This document shows positions 9,044 through 17,840 of a stretch of 44,575 nucleotides of DNA, piece by piece. Position 1 is the first letter of the stretch, and every line of letters begins with the position of its first letter. Origin of the DNA: an uncultured Christensenellaceae bacterium (GTDB lineage: Bacteria > Bacillota > Clostridia > Christensenellales > UBA3700). The stretch spans positions 1-44,575 of the forward strand of contig CALWKV010000112.1 in assembly GCA_944381355.1 (NCBI GenBank), in the 5' to 3' direction. The notes below the pieces were generated by a model. It was given only the letters and a program-made list of their open reading frames with translations. It did no database searches and was not told the origin of the DNA. Made by a program: the position numbers and the translations under genes.

Positions 9044-9081
9044 AAAAAAATAAAAAATAAGCGCACGGCAATGCCGTGCGC
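9044..9081 (-). terminator. Rho-independent terminator of rho
   Basis: Perfect 9-bp stem gcgcacggc/gccgtgcgc with a 3-nt loop. The minus strand continues TTATTTTTTATTTTTTT. Confidence 0.75.
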
Positions 9082-9097
9082 GCTTTCCTGTATTATA

Positions 9098-10594
9098 TCA
9101 AACGGGTTTTCTGAAACTGAAGCCTTCTTTTTCCCATCTGGAAACCTGAGAGGTGATTATTCCGATAAACTCATCGTTGTTCTTTGTTTTGACGATATAA
9201 TCTATCAGTTTTTCCGTCGCCTCCTGGCTGTCCATCGCGCTTATCATCTTTCTTATAGAGAAAACGCCCTCCAGTTCTTTCTGCGTAAGCAACATATCCT
9301 CCCTTCTCGTGCTGGATCTGTTGATGTCGATCGCGGGGAATATCCTTCTTTCGCTGAGTTTGCGGTCAAGATGAATTTCCATATTGCCCGTACCCTTGAA
9401 TTCTTCGTAGATAACGTCGTCCATGCGGCTGCCCGTATCGACCAGCGCGGTGGCGATGATCGTCAGAGAACCTCCGTTTTCGATATTTCTCGCGCTGCCG
9501 AAAAATCTCTTGGGGCTGTGCAGAGCACCGGGATCTATACCTCCCGACAACGTCCTGCCTGTGGGAGGAATGGTGATGTTGTATGCCCTCGCGAGCCTTG
9601 TCAGCGAATCCATGATAATGACTACGTCCTTGCCCAGCTCCACGTTGCGCTTCGCTCTTTCGATAAGCAGCTCTGCCGACTTGCAATGATGCTCCGGCGT
9701 CTCGTCGAACGTAGAATATATCACCTCTCCGTTGATGCTTCTCTGCATATCTGTCACTTCTTCCGGTCTCTCGTCCACAAGGAGCACAAACAGAAGCACG
9801 TCGGGATAATTGACGGAAATGCTGTTGGCTATCTTTTTGAGGAGCGTAGTTTTACCGGCTTTGGGAGGAGACACGATCATTGCCCTCTGTCCCTTTCCTA
9901 TCGGCGCGATAAGGTCTATACATCTGATCGCAAAATCGCTTTTGCCCGTCTTGAGTTCCAGCCTGAGTCTCTCGTCAGGATATATCGGCACGAGGTTGTC
10001 GAAGTTGGGACGACTGCGCAGATTATCGGGCGGATTGCCGTTTACCTCATCGACCGACACCAGTGCGGGAGGTTTGTTTTCGGCATTTCTGCGAGCTTTG
10101 CCCACAACTTTATCGCCCGCTCTCAGACCCATCGACTTAATCAGCTTTGCAGACACGTAAGTATCCTTGTTGCCGTACTCGCAATTTTCCGCTCTGAGGA
10201 AGCCGTAGCCGTCGGAATGAATGTCGAGCACTCCGTGTTTTTCTTCAAGCTCATCCTGCGGTTCTTCGTTCTGAATATTGTTCTGCGAGCCGTTCTGCGC
10301 GTTGTCGCGATCCTTGCGTCTCCTGACGTTGCTGCCCTCGTCTTTTGTCTGAGGTCTGCTTTCGGCATTATTATCTGCCCCGTCAAGATCTCTGGGCTTG
10401 TTGACCGGACGACGTCCGCGAGTACTGCGTGTCGGCTGTATTTCGCCTTCTGCTATACCGCGGTACTGCGCAATTATTTCTTCTTTCTTTTTAGACGTAG
10501 GAGAACTGACGCCTATTTCGCGCGCCACTTCTCTAAGCTGGAAAACGGTCATTTTGTTCAACTCGTCCTCGGTGTAGAATTTTTTATCACTCAT
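9098..10594 (-). CDS. rho: Transcription termination factor Rho carrying an N-terminal insertion domain
   Basis: N-terminal helix bundle (FQLREVAREIGV), CSD-like RNA-binding domain (HSDGYGFLR) and Walker A PPKAGKTTLLK. Full-length RecA-type ATPase core through FPAIDINRSSTRRE. AGGAG RBS. Terminator at 9044..9081. Confidence 0.95.
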   Translation of the reverse strand: MSDKKFYTEDELNKMTVFQLREVAREIGVSSPTSKKKEEIIAQYRGIAEGEIQPTRSTRGRRPVNKPRDLDGADNNAESRPQTKDEGSNVRRRKDRDNAQNGSQNNIQNEEPQDELEEKHGVLDIHSDGYGFLRAENCEYGNKDTYVSAKLIKSMGLRAGDKVVGKARRNAENKPPALVSVDEVNGNPPDNLRSRPNFDNLVPIYPDERLRLELKTGKSDFAIRCIDLIAPIGKGQRAMIVSPPKAGKTTLLKKIANSISVNYPDVLLFVLLVDERPEEVTDMQRSINGEVIYSTFDETPEHHCKSAELLIERAKRNVELGKDVVIIMDSLTRLARAYNITIPPTGRTLSGGIDPGALHSPKRFFGSARNIENGGSLTIIATALVDTGSRMDDVIYEEFKGTGNMEIHLDRKLSERRIFPAIDINRSSTRREDMLLTQKELEGVFSIRKMISAMDSQEATEKLIDYIVKTKNNDEFIGIITSQVSRWEKEGFSFRKPV

Positions 10595-10734
10595 TTCTTT
10601 CTCCTGATAATATGTACTCTGTCAAGCCCGTATTTATTTGCATTTTGATAAAAACAGTCAAAAAACGTGCTTTTTTAATCGTTTGTGAAACAACTGAAAA
10701 TGAAAACGAGAAATGAAATCTCTTTTATTTTTGC

Positions 10735-10764
10735 CCGGTACGCGCCGACGTATGCGCGTACCGG
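10735..10764 (-). terminator. Strong hairpin after the MBL-fold gene (possible terminator without a clean T-run)
   Basis: 11-bp stem ccggtacgcgc/gcgcgtaccgg, 8 nt after the stop. No U-tract directly follows on the minus strand. Confidence 0.35.
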
Positions 10765-10772
10765 AAATTTAA

Positions 10773-11429
10773 TCAGAATTTTTCGTCCGAAAAAACGAAA
10801 ACTTTCGTGCAGTCGCCGTCAAAATAATCGCGATGCAATTCAATCGTATCGCCGTCCACGCGTACGATCTGTTCCTCGTCGAAAAGCTCGAGGAATTTGT
10901 CGACCTTGTCAATATCGATCTTGCAAGACGGAGTCTCGTAATGCATCGGAATGACGATATCGGGCATCAGAAAATCAACGTATTCTTTCGCCTGCTCTGC
11001 GTCAATCGTATAGTTGCCGCCGACCGGGATCATCAGCACGTTTACCGAGCCGATCGAGTCACCCAGTTTCACCGTGCATTCTTCGCCAACGTCACCGAGG
11101 TGACAGAGGTCTACGCCGTCTATTCTGAACTTGAAAATCAGGTTTTCCCCTCTCTTGTTACCGCCCTCGCTGTCATGATAGCTGAGCAGCGAGGATACGT
11201 CGATACCCTTTACTTCCCAGTACCCGAGAGAGTCGATAACCTGCACGTCGGCGTTGAGCTTTTTCAGGTCGTCGTGATCGTTGTGGTGGTGGCTAACAGT
11301 CACGGCGTCGGCGTTGACGTCCTGCATCTCGTAACCGACCAGCTTTTTACTGTAAGGATCCGTCACTACGACGGTGCCTGTGGACTCCTCTAGTCTGAAA
11401 GCCGAGTGACCCAGCCAAGTAATTTTCAT
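10773..11429 (-). CDS. MBL-fold metallo-hydrolase (UPF0173-like)
   Basis: MKITWLGHSAF start and metal motif VSHHHNDHDD. Only 3 nt separate it from the prs-like stop, and its RBS lies inside the end of that gene. Confidence 0.85.
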   Translation of the reverse strand: MKITWLGHSAFRLEESTGTVVVTDPYSKKLVGYEMQDVNADAVTVSHHHNDHDDLKKLNADVQVIDSLGYWEVKGIDVSSLLSYHDSEGGNKRGENLIFKFRIDGVDLCHLGDVGEECTVKLGDSIGSVNVLMIPVGGNYTIDAEQAKEYVDFLMPDIVIPMHYETPSCKIDIDKVDKFLELFDEEQIVRVDGDTIELHRDYFDGDCTKVFVFSDEKF

Positions 11430-11432
11430 AAT

Positions 11433-12629
11433 TTATTCCTCTATATCCAAAGCAATCTGCTCCGGTTTGTTAGCGTTGAATTTTGCAATAAGTTCGTGTA
11501 TTTTATCATGCGGATCGAGAAGTTCGCTGAGCGACTTGTTCTGATCGCAGGCAGAAATGATATATGCAAGGAATTTGGACATATCTGCCTGTATGAACCA
11601 CTTTCTCTCTAGAAGTTCTTTGGGCGCATAAGTAAGATTGGTGCTGATAACCGCGGTAAACAGTCCCTGCTCGTATGCGTCGTCGAATTTTTTCAGTCCC
11701 TCGGTAAACAGCGCGTAAGTAGCGGAAAGGAATATCTTGCCGCAGCCTCTCTCCTTAAGTTCGTTGCACAGCTTGAGCATTGAATCTCCGGTCGCGATGA
11801 TGTCGTCTGCCACGAAAATGTCCTTATTGCGGACGTCGTTGCCGATATATTCGTGCGCGACGATCGGGTTTCTGCCGTTTACTACGTTGGCGTAATCTCT
11901 TCTCTTGTAGAACATGCCGAGGTCTGTGCCGAGCACCGAAGCGTAATAGATGTCACGACTCATAGCGCCTTCGTCGGGGCTAACGATCATAAATCTTTCT
12001 CTGGTCATGTCGAGGTCGGTATAAGAACGCAGCATCGCCTTGAGTATCTGATAGGTGGGCAGGAAGTTGTCAAAGCCCATCAGCGGAACGGCGTTCTGAA
12101 CGCGCGGATCGTGAGCGTCGAAAGTGATGATCTCGCTGACGCCCATCGAAGTGAGTTCCTGCAACATCTGCGCGCAGTCGAGAGACTCTCTCGCGTTGCG
12201 GCGGTGCTGTCTGCCGCCGTAAAGGCTGGGCATGACGACCGTGATCGACTTTGCCTTGCCTCCGCACGCAGCGATGACTCTCTTGAGGTCGCAGTAGTGA
12301 TCGTCAGGCGACATATTGTTCTCAAAACCGAACATATTATAAGTGATAGAATAATTGCCCACGTCGCAGAGGATATAGAGATCCTTGCCTCTGATCGTCT
12401 CCATAACGAGTCCCTTGCCGTCTCCCGTGGTGAATCTGGGGCATACGTTCTTTATAAGGAATGTATCGCGGTGAAAGTTCTTGCCCTGCGCCTTCGCCTC
12501 CTGGTTGTACCAATTGACGAGGTAGTAGTCAACCTTGTCGCCGAGTTCTTTCGCACCCGCAAGCGCGATCAGCGCCATGTTGGAAGTGTCTTTGTCAAAA
12601 TTGAATATAGACTCAAAAAATGGTCTCAT
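11433..12629 (-). CDS. prs: Ribose-phosphate diphosphokinase (PRPP synthetase) family protein, long divergent form (398 aa)
   Basis: PRPP-binding loop FVADDIIATGDS, ITFDAHDP block and MPSLYGGRQHRR in place of the canonical YARQDR. GGAGG RBS. Confidence 0.75.
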   Translation of the reverse strand: MRPFFESIFNFDKDTSNMALIALAGAKELGDKVDYYLVNWYNQEAKAQGKNFHRDTFLIKNVCPRFTTGDGKGLVMETIRGKDLYILCDVGNYSITYNMFGFENNMSPDDHYCDLKRVIAACGGKAKSITVVMPSLYGGRQHRRNARESLDCAQMLQELTSMGVSEIITFDAHDPRVQNAVPLMGFDNFLPTYQILKAMLRSYTDLDMTRERFMIVSPDEGAMSRDIYYASVLGTDLGMFYKRRDYANVVNGRNPIVAHEYIGNDVRNKDIFVADDIIATGDSMLKLCNELKERGCGKIFLSATYALFTEGLKKFDDAYEQGLFTAVISTNLTYAPKELLERKWFIQADMSKFLAYIISACDQNKSLSELLDPHDKIHELIAKFNANKPEQIALDIEE

Positions 12630-12899
12630 TCTTGCCTCCGTATTTATAAATATTGTCTTTGGATTTCACGGTATAAGAGTATTCGGCGTCTGCACTTTTG
12701 CGACGCGATAGATATAAAATTGTATTTTGAAGTCGGTCGTCAGGTAAGTGATCCATAACTCCTCTCAGAATAAATATAATCGCGGCAACTGCCTCGGTTA
12801 CATAAATATATTATCATTTAATAAGTTTTATTTCAACTAAAAAACAGAGTGAATTTTCAATAATTTTCGTCAATATTTTAACGCAAGCGCGAAAACTCT

Positions 12900-13625
12900 T
12901 TACGCCTGCGCTTTTTTAAACACCTCGCCTATCGGCTCGTCGAACACGAGCGTCGCGTCGCTTCTGAACAGCGCGGTTTTGTTTATCAGCACGAGATCTT
13001 TGCCGTGAAAATACCTGACAAGATCCGCCGCGGGATATACTCTCAGCGATGTTCCGCCGATTATCAGAGTGTCAGCCTCAGACACGTATTCTATCGCTCT
13101 TTCAAACACACCTTCGGGCAACTGCTCGCCGTAAAGCACTACGTCGGGCTTGATCAGTCCGCCGCATTCGCATACGGGCACTCCGCCAGAGTCCGCAACG
13201 TAACGGGCGTCGTATTTTCTGCCGCATACGGTACACGTATTGCTATGTATGGTGCCGTGAAGTTCCAGCACACTCCTGCTGCCAGCTGCCTGATGCAGAC
13301 CGTCGATATTCTGCGTTATCACGGCTTTCACAAGCTCTTTCTTCTCCAGATCGGCAAGCGCGAGGTGCGCCGCGTTGGGCTTTGCGGAAAGCGGCAGCAT
13401 ATACGTTTTGTAGAAGTCGTAAAAATACTCCGTATGACTGTAAAAAAAGTTGTGCGAAAGTATTATCTCGGGCGGAATGTCGTATTTTTTTGCAAATATT
13501 CCTCCCGCAGAACGGAAATCCGGCACTCCGCTTTCGGTAGAAACGCCCGCGCCGCCGAAAAAGACGACGTTGCCTTTTGACAGCATATCTTTCAATGCGT
13601 TTACTCTTTTAGCAAAATCTTCCAT
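12900..13625 (-). CDS. cobB: NAD-dependent protein deacylase (Sir2/CobB sirtuin)
   Basis: GAGVSTESGVPDFRS, QNIDGLH, LHG and a Zn ribbon (CTVCG...CECGG). Typical 241-aa length. Confidence 0.9.
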   Translation of the reverse strand: MEDFAKRVNALKDMLSKGNVVFFGGAGVSTESGVPDFRSAGGIFAKKYDIPPEIILSHNFFYSHTEYFYDFYKTYMLPLSAKPNAAHLALADLEKKELVKAVITQNIDGLHQAAGSRSVLELHGTIHSNTCTVCGRKYDARYVADSGGVPVCECGGLIKPDVVLYGEQLPEGVFERAIEYVSEADTLIIGGTSLRVYPAADLVRYFHGKDLVLINKTALFRSDATLVFDEPIGEVFKKAQA

Positions 13626-13638
13626 TTTTCCTTATTTG

Positions 13639-15264
13639 TTATTTCGTGAGCACATATGTCGTTATGCTCTGCGCGGGAAGGGTGACTTTGCCCGTCCATT
13701 CTCCCGCGACTTCGTTCCAACCCGTCTGCGTCTCACCGGTCGTGCATACCGTCGTCGCGTTCTTGTAGTCGTACAGACCGCCTACGGTCACGTTCTTTTC
13801 GCTTTTAGAATTGTTGATGACGACAAGCACCACGCTGCCGTCGGCTTTTTTGAACGCGCTGTAATCCAGCCCAGCCCAGCCCGTCAGGTCAGAACACGTC
13901 GCGTCCACGCGCACGTCGCCTTTATCGATATAACGCGAGAACTGCCCCATAACGTAGTATCTCTTGAGAACGGAAAGTTTCTGCGTGCCGTCGTCGAGTA
14001 CGTCCCAGTAAACGAGACCGTCGTTGTAATCGCACGGCGAGACCGCGAGCCACCAGTTCCAGTCCACGGCGCTCAGCATAGTCAGATCACGGCTTATCAC
14101 GTTGCCGAGAAGAAGTCCGCTCTCAATAGTATCGCTTCTGCCGCCCACCATCTCGCAATATTCAGTTATCGAAATGCCGAGTCCGGGGAAATTCTTGTCA
14201 ATGTAATCCTGATATTTGTCTCTGTGCTTCTTGCTGTCGTCCGCGCCGTAAGAATGGGCAGAGATATACTTGATGTCGTCGAAATAGTCGTATTCGCTCA
14301 TCGCCTCGAGATATTCTTTTATATCTTTGCGGTCGATATAGAATTTATAGTTTCCGCTTTCCAGCACGTCGCACTCGTAAGAAGTGCCGTTAGCCGCGTT
14401 GTACGCTTCGAGCTTGTCGAAAAACACGTCGTAAAATTTCGCAAGAGGCTCCGGATCGAAATGACAGCCTTCCTGCGAAGAACCTTCTCCGCCCCAGTCC
14501 CACTGCGGCTCGTTGACAGGACTTATCACGACCTCGGGCACATTTTCGAGTCCCGACAGGTGTTTCTCGACAAGGTTGTCGACTATGATGAGTATATAAT
14601 CGCAATACGCCTCGTAAAATTCCTCTTTGAGATTATTCTGCTGTACTTCCGCGCCCGTACACGTGCCCGATACCGTCATAAGATAATGCGGAGAATTGGC
14701 AAAGAAAACTATTTTGTCTATGCTGCCCGTAGCAAGCGCCATATCGAGCATTTCAAGCGCGCCCGCGTCGCGGGTAAAATCGTAATTGCTCTCGTCGGCG
14801 AAAGCGGCTTTGAGCTGTTCGTCCGAAGCGTCGAGGAAGTTTTCTGCCATAAAGAAGCTCTCTGCGCGTCTGTCGGGATCGAAATCGGGCTTATTGTAAG
14901 GGAAAACGTCGTCGAGGTTCTCGTCCGCAGAACCGCCGCCGATATTGAATCTCGCGATATTCAGCCTGAGTCCGTCCTCGCCGTAAAGCATAGCGATCGA
15001 CTGTTCTTTGACCTCGTCGGTCCCCTCAAGCCCGAGTCTCTGGAACGTCCACGCCATAGAAGCTCCGAATCCCTGCACCGTCTGCATCTCGCTGCCGAGA
15101 TCGACGCTGATGCGCAGATTCGCATATGCGGCTACGCAATAAATACTCAGGCAGATCGCGGCGATAATGACAAGCACCAAAACCGTCAATCCCGTCTTTT
15201 TCGCGATATTTTTGCCGTTGTCTCTGAAAAACGTCTTTATTTCTTCTTTGGAAATCCTGTTCAA
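13639..15264 (-). CDS. Membrane-anchored glycoside hydrolase, GH30-like (clan GH-A)
   Basis: TTG start with a GGGGGAG RBS. N-terminal TM anchor. GFGASMAW, NEP acid/base-like motif (SPVNEPQW) and ITEYCE nucleophile-like motif. The family assignment is from motif memory only. Confidence 0.65.
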   Translation of the reverse strand: MNRISKEEIKTFFRDNGKNIAKKTGLTVLVLVIIAAICLSIYCVAAYANLRISVDLGSEMQTVQGFGASMAWTFQRLGLEGTDEVKEQSIAMLYGEDGLRLNIARFNIGGGSADENLDDVFPYNKPDFDPDRRAESFFMAENFLDASDEQLKAAFADESNYDFTRDAGALEMLDMALATGSIDKIVFFANSPHYLMTVSGTCTGAEVQQNNLKEEFYEAYCDYILIIVDNLVEKHLSGLENVPEVVISPVNEPQWDWGGEGSSQEGCHFDPEPLAKFYDVFFDKLEAYNAANGTSYECDVLESGNYKFYIDRKDIKEYLEAMSEYDYFDDIKYISAHSYGADDSKKHRDKYQDYIDKNFPGLGISITEYCEMVGGRSDTIESGLLLGNVISRDLTMLSAVDWNWWLAVSPCDYNDGLVYWDVLDDGTQKLSVLKRYYVMGQFSRYIDKGDVRVDATCSDLTGWAGLDYSAFKKADGSVVLVVINNSKSEKNVTVGGLYDYKNATTVCTTGETQTGWNEVAGEWTGKVTLPAQSITTYVLTK

Positions 15265-15433
15265 AGTCTTTCTCCCCCGTGCCGATTTACTTAATTATAC
15301 CAAACGCAGCCGCACCGCGCAACAAAAAATAAAAAAGGCGGCGCAAAACGAGAGTATCGTTTTATGCCGTTATTTTACCGAAATATCCATATTTGCGGGT
15401 TATAACGCCCGCACATTTCCGCACCGACGTTTT

Positions 15434-15913
15434 TCAGGCGCGCGCTATTTTTGCAAATAAAGCCTGCGTCGCTCTCGCCAGATCCTCGGGGGAAGTCTCC
15501 ACCTGCCGTCCCACCTTTCCCGCGCTGTAAACTATCTTTTCCTTGTCTTTCGCGCTCTCGTCTATCACCGTGACGAACTTTTTCTTCATTCCTATCGGGC
15601 TGCAACCTCCGTGGATATACCCCGTCAGCGGCAAAAGCTGTTTCTGCGGTATCATCTCCACGCTTTTGACTCCTACGCTTGCCGCCGCCGCTTTAAGATC
15701 CAGAGTTCCCGTAACGGGAACGACGAAAACGTAGTTTCTGCGATCGTGCCCCTCCGTCACCAGCGTCTTGAATACGCATGACGGGTCTTTGCCGAGAGCC
15801 TTTGCAACCAGCGCTCCGTCAGTCGTCGTATTGTCGTATTCGTAAGCCTCGTAAGCGATACCCAAAGTGTCGAGCGCCCTCATCACGTTGGTCTTTTCTA
15901 TTTTTTTTGTCAT
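15434..15913 (-). CDS. ybaK: Cys-tRNA(Pro)/Cys-tRNA(Cys) deacylase YbaK
   Basis: YbaK/EbsC pattern (TNVMRALD..GI.YE..EY, KTLV, GGCSPIG). Its start overlaps the PHP gene stop (ATGA, 15910..15913). Confidence 0.85.
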   Translation of the reverse strand: MTKKIEKTNVMRALDTLGIAYEAYEYDNTTTDGALVAKALGKDPSCVFKTLVTEGHDRRNYVFVVPVTGTLDLKAAAASVGVKSVEMIPQKQLLPLTGYIHGGCSPIGMKKKFVTVIDESAKDKEKIVYSAGKVGRQVETSPEDLARATQALFAKIARA

Positions 15914-16614
15914 CTCTTTTTTATCACCTCGTAATCGCCGCTTCTCAGTATCGAAACAAGGTCTTTTTCATCCTTTGGCGCACGTCTGAGAAGCACTCCT
16001 CCTCCCTGACCGCCTTCGCAATGAAAATCGCTTCCTCCCGTCGGGATAAGCCCTCGTCTCGTACAGACTTTTTCCGCTTTTTTGTTGTGCGAATTGTGAC
16101 CGGGATGCAGATTTGCGATCTCGACGCCGTCCACGTAATTGTAATCCACCTCTGTGCATATCGACCTGTAAGGATGCGCCACGACGAGCAGACAGCCGTG
16201 TTTTTCCGCCCAGTCGTGAAACTGCTTGAGATCGTCGAAATTGAGTATGTCGTACCCGTACTCGAGAAGCAGCTCTGGCGTGATGCCGTACACCAATATC
16301 TCCGCATACGGCGGCGCGTATTTGTAATACGTGCAGAAATCGGGCGCCGCTTCCAATCCGAAAAAGACGTCGATGCCGTATTTTGCGCATTCGTCCTTGA
16401 GTTGATAATAATCGTGCATGTAATCCGACATGACGCTTAGTCTGCTGCCGAAACACTGTGCGACGTAACCGAACAGATCCGTCCTGTTGAAATGATTGGT
16501 CACCACGATACCGTTGTAACCCGCCTCTGCGTAAATACGCGCTATATCGCAAGGATCTTCCTGCCCGCAGTGGCTGTTGTGAATCGTATGCAAATGCATT
16601 TCCAGTTTATACAT
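15910..16614 (-). CDS. PHP-domain metal-dependent phosphoesterase
   Basis: MHLHTIHNSHCG N-terminal His cluster, VVTNHFN, VAHPYR and GGSDFH motifs of the PHP fold. Confidence 0.75.
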   Translation of the reverse strand: MYKLEMHLHTIHNSHCGQEDPCDIARIYAEAGYNGIVVTNHFNRTDLFGYVAQCFGSRLSVMSDYMHDYYQLKDECAKYGIDVFFGLEAAPDFCTYYKYAPPYAEILVYGITPELLLEYGYDILNFDDLKQFHDWAEKHGCLLVVAHPYRSICTEVDYNYVDGVEIANLHPGHNSHNKKAEKVCTRRGLIPTGGSDFHCEGGQGGGVLLRRAPKDEKDLVSILRSGDYEVIKKR

Positions 16615-16751
16615 GTTGATCTCCGTGCTCCCCCTTCACGCACCTCGTCGGGCTTTCCGTCCGCTCCGATCCGACAGCGGATTTTATCTGCCCGTGTTGG
16701 TTTTAGATGTTTTACCCGCACGACGGGTCAGCACGCGGGCGCAATGCACGC

Positions 16752-17636
16752 TCAGGCGTCAAAGGACACTTTATAAGTATAGCTGAACGTCTTGCCCGGC
16801 TCGAGCATATGCACAAACGCCTTGTCCTTGAGTTCTCTGTCCGGATTCAGCTTATCGGGAGCGCCGTGCCACGGCTCGATACACACATAAGCGCCGCTCT
16901 CTTCCATACTCCAGAACGCGAGCACGTCGACCTTTCCGAAATCGAAATAAACGCTCTCTCCGTCCGCAAGTCTCAGCGCGAGTTTATCCGTGCCGACGTC
17001 GGTCAGCATCACGGTCTTATATTTTATCATTACGTCCTTGCCCGTACTCAGCCTGTCTATCGTGCCGAAAGGCGCCTTGCCCGTGATGTAATGTCCCTTT
17101 TCTTCGAGCGTAAGATAGTCGGGCGATATCTCTTTGAGAAAGTCTATGTAGTTGCCGTCGGTGTTTATCTTGCCGCCTTCGTAAGTCGCGCATATATTGA
17201 ACGCGGGATGTGCGCCCATCATGAAATACATGAGTTTGTCGTCGACGTTCTTTGCGGTATGAACGACTGTAAGCGCGCCGTCATCGACCTTGAATCTGAC
17301 AGAATACTCGTATTTATAAGGATATTTTGTAAGAGAATCCTCGTTAAAGACATTGGTCAGCACGATTTCGGTGTCAGAAACCCTCGTTGCGGAAAACGGC
17401 TGATGCCTGCACACGCCGTGCAAAGGCACGTCGTAGCGCTTTCCGTCAACGGTATACCAACCGTCCTTCTGTCTTGCCACAAACGGGAAAATCACGACGT
17501 CCTGCTCCGTCCAGGAATCTTCGCTCCCCTGCCAGAGAAACTCCCTGCCGTCTCTCATTCTCTTAAGCGACGAAAGAGTCGCCCCGTAGGAATTAACCGA
17601 TACGCTCAACTTGCCGTCCGATATTGTCGATATCAT
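16752..17636 (-). CDS. Aldose 1-epimerase family protein (LacX-like)
   Basis: ORF 16752..17750 begins at a GTG with no RBS. The internal ATG at 17636 follows GGAGGTG. Mutarotase-like blocks present (SVNSYGATL, HGVCRHQPF, GAHPAFN). Confidence 0.7.
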   Translation of the reverse strand: MISTISDGKLSVSVNSYGATLSSLKRMRDGREFLWQGSEDSWTEQDVVIFPFVARQKDGWYTVDGKRYDVPLHGVCRHQPFSATRVSDTEIVLTNVFNEDSLTKYPYKYEYSVRFKVDDGALTVVHTAKNVDDKLMYFMMGAHPAFNICATYEGGKINTDGNYIDFLKEISPDYLTLEEKGHYITGKAPFGTIDRLSTGKDVMIKYKTVMLTDVGTDKLALRLADGESVYFDFGKVDVLAFWSMEESGAYVCIEPWHGAPDKLNPDRELKDKAFVHMLEPGKTFSYTYKVSFDA

Positions 17637-17753
17637 AAATTCACCTCCGCAATATGTTTTAATTATACCACAACGCATTTTATTTGTCCATGATATGATT
17701 TGCGATATATGTCCGGTCTCGCGTCCGAGCGCGGCTCGCAAAAAAATCACGTC

Positions 17754-17782
17754 TTGACAACTCGCGGCTTATATAGGATAAT
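17754..17782 (+). promoter_or_regulatory. Promoter of the aminopeptidase-YhhN unit
   Basis: TTGACA, 17 nt, GATAAT. Confidence 0.6.
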
Positions 17783-17840
17783 AATAATGTGCGGAGTGTT
17801 GAAATAATCTGCGCAAGTTGCTTGCTAGTTGGAGTGGAAT

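Noticed and set aside
8856-9071. Short ORFs in intergenic spacers: 8856..9071, 26180..26422, 41982..42233, 44212..44442 and 10685..10954.
   Set aside because: They overlap mapped terminator hairpins or promoters, or the coding sequence of supported genes. They lack an RBS and have odd composition (Cys/Arg/Phe-rich).
9071-10648. Very long ORFs antisense to real genes. Examples: 9071..10648 opposite rho, 13450..15294 opposite GH30, 37205..38833 opposite the sialidase, 21209..22537, 40693..41940, 42139..43251 and 489..1484.
   Set aside because: Each mirrors a well-supported gene almost end to end. They translate to Arg/Val/Phe/His-rich strings with no domain signatures, lack RBSs and often begin at non-ATG codons. 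This pattern is expected when the sense strand avoids TTA/CTA/TCA codons. They are a compositional artefact, not overlapping genes.
11433-12629. The long (398 aa) PRPP synthetase as a novel enzyme.
   Set aside because: The PRPP-binding loop and overall block order are intact. Long divergent Prs paralogues are, to my recollection, common in Clostridia. Nothing in the sequence itself argues for a new function.
12900-13625. SIR2-domain protein as a possible anti-phage NADase (Thoeris ThsA, DSR or SIR2-HerA type).
   Set aside because: It is a 241-aa stand-alone sirtuin with the full CobB motif set and Zn ribbon. It has no SLOG/TIR/HerA/pAgo partner or extra domain and sits among housekeeping genes. 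It reads as ordinary protein deacylase.
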